Below, piece after piece: positions 46,251 to 64,000 of a stretch of DNA of 64,000 nt. This DNA is from the human T2T-CHM13v2.0 reference genome, Homo sapiens. Where the stretch lies: the NCBI RefSeq assembly GCF_009914755.1, contig NC_060939.1, one strand, 5' to 3'. The position numbers were made by a program, and so were the translations under genes. A model generated the notes under the pieces. The model did not search any database and had not been told where the DNA came from. It was given only the letters and a program-made list of their open reading frames with translations. Every line of letters starts with the position of its first letter. Within the stretch, counting starts at the first letter, position 1.

Positions 46251-48417
46251 GTGTTCTACCTACACCATGGAATATTATGTGGCAATAAAAAGGGAATGAG
46301 ATACTGATACATGCTACAACATGGATGAACCTTGAAAACATCATACTAAATGAAAGAAGCCAGTCACAAAGACCACATATTTTATAATTCCATTGATAGG
46401 AAATGTTTAGGATAGACAAATCTATAGAGTCAGAAAGTAGATTAGTGGTTGCTGGAGCTGGGAAGAGGATGGGAACGAAGAGTGACTGCTAATGGGACTG
46501 GGTTTCTTTTTGAGGTGGCAAAAATGTTCTACTTAGGTTATGCAAATTGTTCCACAATTCTGTGAATACAATAAAATGCACTGAACTGTATACTTTAATG
46601 GGTGACTTATATATGAATTACATCTCAATAAAGCTGTTTTTTGAAAAAAAGGTCACAGAGCCCTTAACAGTTTTGTAGAAGTGAGGGGAGATGGACATGG
46701 CGGAAGGCCCTGGACATATATTTATCCCCTTGTGTGGCTACTTGCAGTTCCCGCCAAACTGCACCCATCTCTTTGTCCCCAGAGGTGAAGTCCAGTGGAC
46801 CTTGGTTTTTCACTTCAAGACCAGTTTTGGGGTCAAGGCTATTTCAACATGGCAGGTAGTAAGAGTTTAATAAATGCTTGGTGAATGAACCTACATTGCA
46901 TCAATGAACAGGTCACCAAAAGTACTTAAGGCTGGAGCAGTCTCCAGGGCTGGGGAGGGGATCTCAGCAGGTTTTGAAAGGAAGGGACAGAACCTAAGAG
47001 CTTCTAAAATGTTCCTTCAGAAGAACCCTGAGTCCAGAGGAGAGTTAACACATCCCTAACATGCAGTAAGAAAAGTCTCACATTTTTTCTTTAAATTCTT
47101 GTGCTGTATGCATCCTACTCTATATTTCCAGCTTGTTTTAATTTAAAAATACTGTAAATTGCCATTCAGTAAAACGGATGCTTCAGGGAGTTGTGCTGTT
47201 TATTCCTGCATCCTGGAATACCTGTGGGTGTATGCTGCTATGTTGCCTCAGAGGACCTCAATCAACAAATACCCTGAGTGCCCACTGTGTGCTTGGCAGG
47301 AGGGGTGCTGTTGCCAACACAGGATCTTCCCTCATAGGACTTTCAGTTGAGAAATGAGTGCATAGCCCCGAGGAGCAAAAAGAGCTCAGTGGAGAGGACA
47401 GAATTATGGGGGGGCAGAGTTTGGAAGCTCGTAAGAACATTGCCTTAAATGAAGACCAACATATATGCTCAGTGTTTTACTAGCAAAAAGTTGAAAACTG
47501 CCTAAATGTCTAATAGTGGAATGGCTAAACAAATTATGGTGTTACCATGTAGTACGATATTCTGTAGCTATTTAATAATACAAAACAATAAAGGAAAAGG
47601 CTTATGATGAAATTTTATGTAAAAAATCTTCAAAAAAACTATGCATAGCATGGCCTCAACATGTAAAACATACTCAGAAAAAATACCAGCATAGAATGCC
47701 CCAAATGCTAGTTGACTTTGGAGGGTAGAATTATGGGGGGATTTCTCTCTCTCCCCAAATTTTCTACAGTAAGTCTGGGTTATGTTATTAATAAACATCA
47801 CATCTTTGATGCAGGAAGGCTAATGTGCAGCTGCATGTGGGGGCAGGGCTAGAGATGAACTTGGAGTAGGGGCTACAGAGTGGACCCGGGAGGAAGGGCT
47901 AGAGATGGAGATGTGGGTGCCGTCTTCCTACAGGAGAGGTCAAAACAAACCCTGAGTGGGCACTGAGGGAGCCCATGAAGAAACTACAGAGGGCTGAGGA
48001 GTCTCGGAGGGCAGGAGGAGGAATTGGAGTCAGGGATGTGGAGAGTTCAAGTGTCATGGAGCTGGGCAGAGATTCTAGGCAGAGTAATATCTAGAAATCC
48101 TTGGAAGTCAAGGAGAGAGGTTGAAAGAGGAGCCCTCAGTGTAAAACCTTGTCTCCTTCCTAGAGTGGTGAGGTTAGATTTAAATGAGATATAGGAGAGT
48201 GATTAGCTATACAAGCTCTGGAGTTGGGCAGACCAGTTCAAACCTCAGTTTCAGAACTTACAGCTAAGTGACCTTGGAAAAACTTTCTAACCTCTCTGAA
48301 CCTGTTTCCCCATCTGTTAAATGGAAACAATAAAAACCATTAGGTTATTTTTTGGATTAGATGAATAATGCATGGAAAGTGCTTTGCATAGTGCTTGGCA
48401 CATATATGTACTACTAT

Positions 48418-48572
48418 TTTTTTTAAGAGATAGAACCTTACTTAGTCACCCATAGTTCATGTAACCTCAAACTCCTGGACTCAAGTGATCCTCTGTCACT
48501 TCAGCCTCCACCATGCCTAATTAAAAAAAAAAAAATTTCTAAAGATAGGGTCTTGCTATGCTACCCAGGCTG
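48418..48572 (-). mobile_element. Degraded Alu fragment
   Basis: Partial reverse Alu after a MIR (~48190-48410). Confidence 0.6.
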
Positions 48573-48743
48573 ACTGTGTACTAATTGGATGATGTCTATT
48601 ATTATTGGTTTACTACAGTTGTTAATATTATGCAAAATATCTTTGATCGATAAAGAGCTTCTCCTGGTCCTTTGGGCATGGCTTTCTGAGGGGAAGACGA
48701 CCTCTGGGATGCTCACCCTGCCCTCTTCCCCTCTCATCCCCAT

Positions 48744-48937
48744 CTGTCCCCTCTGCCACCATGAGGAACATTTTCAAGAGGAACCAAGAGCCTATTGTGG
48801 CTCCTGCCACCACCACGTCACGATGCCCATTGGACCCGTGGACAACTCCACCGAGAGTGGGAGTGCTGGGGAGAGCCAGGAGGACATGTTTGCCAAACTG
48901 AAGGAGAAGTTCTTCAATGAGATTAACAAGATTCCCT
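48744..48937 (+). pseudogene. SYT2 (synaptotagmin-2) pseudogene: first coding exon
   Basis: GCCACCATG at 48761 gives [19 protein letters not shown]; after a 1-nt frameshift the other frame reads [39 protein letters not shown], i.e. the SYT2 N-terminus. Donor GTGAGT at 48938; the acceptor position reads AT (48742-48743). Confidence 0.93.
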
Positions 48938-49767
48938 GTGAGTGTCCCTGGTGGCTGAGAGGGTGGGGCAAGGCTACAGTCTGGGAGAGGTGAAGAAGGG
49001 TGGGGATACCACTGGGATGCGATTGGCTGGGCTCTTTCCTAACGCTTAGATTTTTGGAGAGCCCCTGCAGGAATCGGGGAGGGGAAAGTAAGGTCTGCCA
49101 TTAATGTGGCAAACAAGGGGATTTATGTGCATCAATTTCTAAGGGAAAGAAAAATTCTCATAACTTAAAAAACTTTCTAAAGATGAAACCAAAAGGCGAT
49201 GAAAAATTATGAAACAGAAGTCACTATTCAAGTTTGCCAATAATACTTTGAAATTTATTTTGGAAGATAGAAAATAAAAGCCCTCTCTGCTTTTGAATTT
49301 CTGGCAGAGGCTGTATAGGAGACACCAGAGATGCAGATTAAGGGGGACCAGCCACACTGGTGGGAGATGGTGCTTCAGAACCACAGAGAGCAGCCCAGGA
49401 CCCAACTCCAGTTGGGTTTTGCAAAGCCCGGCAGCAGTCTAGGTCTAGACTCAATCTTAAGTCCACTCCATGGACCCACAGCTGAAGCGGCAAATGGAAA
49501 CCACCCAGAACCTTGTGGACTCCTACAAGGCCATTGTCAACAAGACTGTGTGGGACCTCATAGTTGGTTTCATGCCCAAGACCGTCATGCACGTCATGAT
49601 CAACAACGTGCATGCACCACCTCATAGGGGCAGGGGGCTCCTGTGGCACTGGGGATGCAGGTGGCCATGTTGGCCTGGGGGAGATGCCGACCAGCCCTAT
49701 GGGACCAGGTTCAGGGAGGGAGGCACAGTCCAGACCAGAGCTGTCTCATAGAACTATAATGTGGGAC

Positions 49768-50062
<295 letters not shown>

Positions 50063-52220
50063 TTTAAGAAACTGAGTAGACAGGTGTCCTGGTGGCATGA
50101 TAGGTCCTGGGTCCCCTCCCAGATGTGTGACCTTGGACAGGTGACTTTTCCTCTGGACCTCAGTGTCCCTATCTGAGTGAGAAAAGGGCGGTGGGGTGGC
50201 AGATCTTTGAGTCTAAGCGGTGTAGAAGCCGCGTGTGCAAAGCCATACTCAGGGCTCCAAGTCCAGCACACTGTCCCAGCACAGGCATCAGGCCAGCACA
50301 TGCATCAGGTCCCAACCTCCTTCCCTCTTTGCCCCCTCTCAGACCAAGGAGCTCATATTATCAGAGTTGCTGTCCAACCTGTACTTGCATGGGAACCAGA
50401 ACACGCTGATGGAGGAGTTGGCAGAGCAGGCACAGTGGCGAGATGAGATGCTGCGCATGTACCACGTGCTGAAGGAGGTGCTCAGCATCATCGGTGACAT
50501 CAACACAACCACCATCAGCACGCACATGGGGGCCCGTGGACAGCTCCTGGCTGCAGGTGCAGAGCGTCCTTGCCAGACGCAGGTACCAGGGCTGGCCCCT
50601 ATGGCCCCAAGTCTCCCCAGCCCCCATGGCTGAGCCTGGGGGCTCTTGGAACAGGCTCCGTGCCCAAGCTGGCAGATGTGGGTGGTCTCTGGAGCCATCA
50701 GGGAGCTCGTGGTTTATGGTGTAAGGGCTGAGAGCTTGGAGGGGGTTGTGTGTGGGGCTGTACTCTGAGGTGGCCAGAGGCCCAGGAATGTCATCCTGGG
50801 CACGCCATGCCTTTTGTGCTGTCTGAGCCATGCTGCCAGGGTGGGGCATCCAGCTCCCAGCCTGGATGCCTTGGAGTGCTGAGGGCCAAATCCACTGCAG
50901 AGCAGGGGTGATAGGGTCCCACCTCCTCTATCTGTTGGCAAAACAGTGGTGATCTAGGATAAAACCTCGAGAGTCCCATACACATGGTCAACCCAAAACA
51001 CACCTCACAGGTCAGGTAGGGGCACACAGCCCCCTTCCCTCCCTCCCAGGTACCATCACAGCTGCTAGCATGTGACTGAAGGCAGGGTCCCTGGGCTCCA
51101 CTGAAGCACTACCACCAGCCAGCAGGCTCACGCACCTTGGCTTGTTGCTCCTAGAGATTGGCCCTCCTATTCAGCCGAGGGGAGCCCAGTGCCTGCTGGC
51201 CCAGCTGAGCTCTGCCCAGCAAGCCCACCCACCTCCCTTGCCATGGTCTCCGTCTCCTTTCCCTGGGAGGAAGGACCCAGCCTCACCTATGGGACCTGCA
51301 ATCTCCAACAAGCTGAGGCTCCCCTCTTAGACTTATAAGTTTATAGCCAGTGGCATCCGGCTGCCTGCCCACCCTGCCTCCCCCAGGGTCCCTTCAGAGG
51401 GTCCTGAGCTTCCTGACCACCCAGAGGGGGCTCCGGCGATCACTCCAACCATCCATCCCATTTAGCTTCATCATCCTTGTTCGAGCAATTTTCCTTCTGT
51501 CAGGCCTGGTGGCTGTTATGTTGGGCTCCCCAAGGTGAGAGGTGGCCCTAGACCAGTTGGTTGGAAGACAGGTTGGAAGACGACTTGGAAGACAAGTTGG
51601 TTGGTGACCAGAGAAGAGGGAAGCCCAAAGGGGCCGAGCGTTGGTCTGACCTGTGGGTACACTGCCTGGGTGCAATGGAAGAGGCCAGCATGTGTGGGGT
51701 GGGGAGGGCCGCCACAGTCCCCAGGCACTACCTGTGAAGCTCCGGCTCCTCCCTCCATCTTCCTCCCCTTTCCCTTCCAGCCCCTCTTTTCCAGGAACCT
51801 TGCCACACCCGCACCTGCGCCCTCCCCTCCCTGGCCCTCCCACAGCTGCTGTGGCACACCTGTGCTCTGCACTGGCCTCACCAGCTCTCTGCTCCCTTTT
51901 CTCTCTCCTCTTTTCTCTCTGCTTTCTCTCCAACTGCCAGCCGATCGGGTCACGCAAGTCCATCCCATCCTGAGAGCCCCACGCCCCCCTTCGACCTCTA
52001 AACAGATCCCTTCTCTTCTCGGAGGCCTCCCTTTCCAAGCCTGCCTGGGCGGCTGTTCTGTGACTTGGCAGTGGCTCCCCCAGCCCCAAAGCCAGCCCCC
52101 TTCATCTGTGACTTAGTCTGTTGTAGTGGTGAGCTGACACGTCCAGGTGTGACTGTTGTGAAACTTGTGCCCCCCTCTGTGGTATGCCCTCGCATTGTTC
52201 TATAAATATCTATAAATACC

Positions 52221-52223
<3 letters not shown>

Positions 52224-52255
<32 letters not shown>
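52224..52255. repeat. (AC)n in the DNM1P 3' UTR
   Basis: Dinucleotide run. Confidence 0.9.
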
Positions 52256-52257
<2 letters not shown>

Positions 52258-54114
52258 CTACACCTACATGTGGCCAACGGCCTCGCCTCTAGTGCTGGGA
52301 ATCAGTCACCGTGCTGTCCTCTTGGAGTCTTGTGGCCCAACAAGAGAAAGCTGTCCCGACATTGCCCCTCCAAAGTGCAAGACCTCCGGTGAGTCTCCCT
52401 GTCACGCCTGGCCTATGGAGAGTCAGCCCCCGCCATCCCTCCCGCCCCCCCACCAAGCATGGGAGTGCTGTGCAGGCAGCTGAGTGGCCTGACAGTCTCT
52501 ACCAGTCCTGCTGTCCCTTGGCTGAGAATCAAACCCATTTCTGGATGACGGGGAAGTGTGTCCTCTGCTGGCTGTGTTCTCTGTGGAGCTCAGGGGAGGG
52601 GAAAGGCCAAGCCATTTCTAGGGTGCTGTTTGGAGGGGTGAAAAGGCCATACCCTTTCCAAGGGACACTTTTCCTGGAAAGCCCCTGGAACTTAGCTGGC
52701 TCTTGTCCTGTGAAGCCGGCTCTGGCCACCAGGGGGCAGGGCCACGAACTCAGCCTGAAGGGAGCCTGCCGGGCAGCCGGCACTCTGGAGGGACAGAGAG
52801 AACAGGCCACCAGGTGCAGACAGGGGAGGGAGGCAAGGTGACGGAAGGGAAGACGCCTGGGGTGGGTGGAAGTCAGTGCCCTTAGGTGCTGGTACCTGTC
52901 TTCCTGGCCACCGCTACAACAGGCTTCCGAGCCTGTTGGCTGTCAGGGCCAGACTGCGCCCCATAGGCACCATGGCAGTCCCCGTGGAATCCCCCAGGCG
53001 CCACTAGGCAGCGTACAGGTAACACGCCTGGAAGGTCCCTAACAGCCTAGCTGGACACACTCAAGACACTCTGGGGCTCCTCGTTTGGTGGCACAAACTC
53101 CAGGACCCAGTGAGGGAAACGGGAACACACCAGGCCGAGCAGTATGGCTAAATCCATTTATTCCAAAATAAAAAGCAAAATAAACAGGAGTCGCATCACC
53201 AGGGAGCCATGACCCCATCCCCGCCTCCTTCCTCTGTCCTATGCTAGCAATAAATAAGTTTCCCAGCCACAAATAATTATTACAACCTCCTCCCCATGTG
53301 CCGGCCTCAACCTCAGCTAGGTATGACACAGGGGTGGCCCTACCCTCTGGAATATACAAAACCTTACACAGACACAATGTGTACACCGGGGAACGGGGGC
53401 CACCCCAGCAGCCCGTGCCCTCGCCTGGTCCACAGTTAGCCCCACTGTCCTGCCTCTCTGAATAAGAAGGGAGCCCCCCTGAGGGAAAAGTTGCTATGGT
53501 GAGAGTAAGGGGGACATCAGGCCTCCTCCAAACAAACCAACTCCACCAGCCTCTGGCTCTTAAATAACAATCATCATCATCCAGAAATTTAGGGACTCAG
53601 CCCTGGTCAAGGTGGCAAAGGGTCTGTTTGTCTTTCCCCATTAGACAGAGGTCTTGTCCTGCTACCCTCATTGTAAAGGGCTGCCTGGGAAGGGGTGGTA
53701 GGGACATGGTGGCGGTGGAGACTCCGGCCCCACTTCTCCAGGCTTTGCTGACAGGGGCCTGCTTTTAATTTTTATTTTTATTCCATGACTTTTTAAAAAA
53801 GAATCCCGTAACTTCTTTTTCATAACTTTTTTGGTAACTTTTCATAATACTGTTTTCTACTTTGTTCCCACAAGTTTTTTTGCCACAACGTTTTTACATT
53901 TTTTATCCCATAACTTTTTCACCCCATAACTTTTTTAATCCCATAACTTTTAAAATCTTGTGTTCTTTTAAGAAACACTTGCATAGTTATATCACAACTT
54001 TGTAAAAATGAAACACATTATCTCATGCCAAGCATGCCCAGCATTTGCACAGTATCAATACCTTTAATACTATAGTTTTCAAGAAACGCAAAATAAAATT
54101 TTAAGACAAAAACA

Positions 54115-57100
54115 ACACATTGAAACAACTTAATAATTTATTACATTACAGTGGCATCACACCAGCAGTCAATAAGGCCACTCTAGGGAAAAATCTTTCA
54201 GTATTTCCACGACACATTCTCTTTACAATAATTCATAAACTGGTAAAATTCATTCTAAGAAAACTTGGCAAATAAAACTTTGGACTGGAATTGGCATTTC
54301 TTTCTCTGCTTTTCGTTCCCACCATTTCTTTCTTTTATACTACAGTATTCATATTTTAAAATGTTTTAAATTATTTCAGAACATTAAGATAGCAGTTACA
54401 TTTTTTAATAGTTATATTATTTTAAAATGACTCTTTAAAATAAAGTTTTAGAGAAACTATATTATGGATAGGGCTGATTTACATTTTCAAATTTTCTAAA
54501 ATCAGCTTTGGTTTTAGAGCTGATTTTTTTTTTCATTTCTGGAAAATTATCAGGTTGAATCAAATACTTTTAAAATGATTATTATACATTGCCATCTTTA
54601 AATAGGTATTTTGATTCTTCCTACAGAAATCAAAATGTATTCAGTGGAACTCACAGTTTAAAATTCTATGTTTCTGATGAACTCTAACATTCCAATGTTG
54701 CCTTCTAAGCAAACTGAAAGCTGCCTTATACTGAATGAGGAAGAGCACAAATACTCGGCTGAATGAGGTATCGCAAAAGACTGCATGCACTTTGGAGAAA
54801 GACTTGAGTTATTGTCATACAATTTCCATTCTTTTTAGCTTTTTCTTAAATATATGACAAATACCTACACAAAGAGTGGTATTTCAGTCAATATAGTAAA
54901 TTTATTTTCCAGACTGACCTTCAGCTTAAATATGCCAGTGTGTGATTTAATCCATAGGCACCTCATGAACACATTATTGTCAGATTGGTTACAGATGCTA
55001 AACGCTATCCGAAGGTCATTCCTAGTCACTGATATTTATCAGGGTAAAAGTGAAGTGATTTCAACGATAAAAGTACCTTTGCAATAATTTATCAATGTAT
55101 TAGATAAACCCAGTTTCAGAATGATAAAAGAAAAAACGTTAGACCAAATAATGTGGCTGATTAACAGTGGTCCGATTTCTAGCCCGAGGGTTTAAAATGC
55201 TCTTAAAGTAACTGTCTTTAAACTGAACTCAAAGAATGCAAAAGCGGCAAGTTCAGAAAATAAAAGGCGAGAACAGGACTTTAAGTGCATTTTAAACCCA
55301 CGGGCTACAAATCGTACCACTGTTAATTAGCCGCATTATTTGGTCTAAGATTTTTTCTTTATCATTCTGAAACTGGGTTTATCTAATACATTGATACATT
55401 CATAAAATTTGGAAGAGTCAGTGGAAGTCACAAGGACCGAATATTTGCACTCTTTCAGTGAATGCCAGCAAATCTGTTATTCCATCGGTAAAATCGTATT
55501 GTTGCTCTCCTGTTAATGTCATATTTATAGAAGTATCATGAGGATGCCAAATGCTAAAAATGGAGATGATCTAGTAACTAGAAATCCCCACCGCAGGGAG
55601 CACACACACCTATCTCCCTGCATCCTAACAATGTGATGTGTTTTGGAACACAGACATTAGAACTTCATGAAGTTTGAACTGTTGAGTCTTTCCCAAGCAT
55701 CATCAAGTTACGATTTAGGCAATACATAACTGAAATGCATTCATTCATCATGCATAGGCACAATCACATAAATATTGCACAAAATATGTCCCGAACAGAA
55801 ACCCAGAGGTACAAAAACATATTTCACTTTGTAAAGAAGTTTGTGAGAAAATATAACTCTGTGGTTGTATAGACACGTTTCCTGATAATACATTGACATT
55901 CACGAACAACAGTAGATTGCACTGCAGTTTGTACACATTTTAAGTTTCATAAACTTCTCCTTGATTTTCAAAGATAGTATAATACCATCTACTAAAACTC
56001 CTTTTTGTTTCAACTATCTCACATATATTAGTTTATAAGAATGTTTCTATTTTTTTAAAGTGTTTTCCATTCAAAGAAAAAGAAGTAAATTCCTATGTCA
56101 GAGTAACCAAGGTGGTTGAAGAATAGGTATTAGCCAAAGAGGTCTAGATGGTAAAATCAATCTTCAAGCCTCAAAGAATCTCCGTGAACAGAGAGGAATG
56201 CCAGGAGTCACACAGCTTTCCTTCACTCTAATTCATTCTTGACTAGAGCCTGTATGCCTGTTCCAGGGACATTTGAACTCGTAAAGGATTTCTTATGATC
56301 TTCACTAAATACATTAAGAAGAATGCCAACCAGTGCCCTTTTGTGTACTGGGGCATGTAGTCATGTGATTAAAACAGGTAACATGAACTCTGACTTTAAA
56401 ATGTATTGTAGATACAAATGCTCTAAGCTAGGAAAGGTTTTCCACATCCACAGTCAACGATGGGAACCTTTCATTCCTCAGAAATAAGCCCTTTTTAGGT
56501 CATCGAAAAAGAGTGCAACTGCTGCAGCTCATGATGCAATATCTTCATGAGCCCAGAGCACATACAAATCCTAAGGGCACCACCATAATACACCGCTAAT
56601 TCCTGGCACCGGAAGAGATGAAACACACTCTATCTTGCACATACCTGCCAGAGGAGGCCACTTTCCTCTTCTGTGAGATTTAAAAAGCTCCCCCAAAAGG
56701 TTATCACTCCCATCACCAATACACAGAAAATGGAGGAAAGGCTGTTTCCAATTCTTGGCCTTTAAACAACTCTAAATGTCAGTACTCATAGTGGCGTATT
56801 ACAAAGTAATAAACAGTGCACACTTGGGGGCAAACTACATATTGAGCTAAGGAAGAGCTCACTGTGATTAAGATTACATCAAACAACAGCAGAACATAGG
56901 CAAATTTTGTCTGAATGCTGTAGTGAATATACATGCTGCAATAACATTAAAAAAGCATGGCAGCCTATTCCAAACCAAAGAGAACAGTTTTGGGCAAAGA
57001 GTGGGTCTTTGTGTGTTTGAACTCCCACCACGTAAGGGCAAACTCGATATGCACGCTAATGACCTACAATTATGAAATTAAAAAAGAAAAATGCTAAAGG

Positions 57101-57306
57101 ATGCCAGAGTGAACATCAGTGAGAGCCACAGACACCCACTCTCTTTTAACTTTTTACAAATAAACTTAAACTATAAATTAGAAACACAAATAATCATGAG
57201 TGAGTCTAACATTCAAAGGAAGTAAATGAATTGTGTAGGAGATTAACCCCATAACTTGGTTTCTTATTTAAAAATTTCTTGAGCAGCTGTTTGATGATGG
57301 TGATGT
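54115..57306 (-). other. GOLGA8 long AT-rich 3' UTR (chr15 core-duplicon element, described as ITSN2-UTR derived)
   Basis: Abrupt switch to AT-rich sequence with no recognisable Alu/L1 right after the stop codon; minus-strand AATAAA at 54137-54142. ITSN2 origin is recalled from literature on the chr15 GOLGA core and not verified here. Confidence 0.65.
54137..54142 (-). terminator. Candidate polyadenylation signal AATAAA for GOLGA8
   Basis: tttatt on plus, near the end of the AT-rich UTR block. Confidence 0.55.
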
Positions 57307-63811
<6,505 letters not shown>

Positions 63812-64000
63812 CTGTGGGGAGAGTCAAATAAGGTGATGGAGGGTGGCCCCCTCAACTCTATTCCCCAGACCAGGAAGCGGTAGGCAGGGGCCAGGAATGG
63901 ATTTTAAAGGCAAAGTTCTCAGACATAATGGGAACACGAACCGGTAAACTCTCCTCAAGCTCCCAAGGACAGAGGATTTGGGTCTTTGTTGGCTTTTGCC

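Noticed and set aside
48589-48993. 134-aa ORF as a functional SYT2 gene
   Set aside because: It is intronic read-through around one exon. The exon is frameshifted, its acceptor is lost, and the transmembrane and C2 exons are absent.

Overview
Primate (most likely human) genomic DNA from a chromosome-15 GOLGA/LCR15-type segmental duplication, inferred to be the 15q13 BP4/BP5 blocks. It is a mosaic of duplicons. (1) Bases 1 to ~6600 hold a UBE2Q2 unprocessed pseudogene 5' end on the minus strand, with a CpG-island promoter. (2) Bases ~7000-49463 appear to be a ~42-kb copy of the 5' part of synaptotagmin-2 (SYT2) on the plus strand: CpG island, probable non-coding exon 1, a repeat-rich ~39-kb intron with a 2.3-kb CA-rich VNTR and a twin-primed L1, and an inactivated first coding exon. 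(3) Bases 49464 to ~52550 are a DNM1 pseudogene 3' fragment on the plus strand, joined mid-exon to the SYT2 segment. (4) Bases ~53150-64000 are the 3' 15 coding exons and 3' UTR of a GOLGA8-family gene on the minus strand; the ORF is intact (528 aa in the window) and the 5' end lies outside. The most notable observations are a possible SYT2-promoter-driven SYT2::DNM1P chimeric transcription unit converging on GOLGA8, an inverted templated copy of a GOLGA8 splice acceptor that could hairpin-mask an exon, and several template-switch signatures. Gene identities come from recalled protein sequences; no database searches were run.
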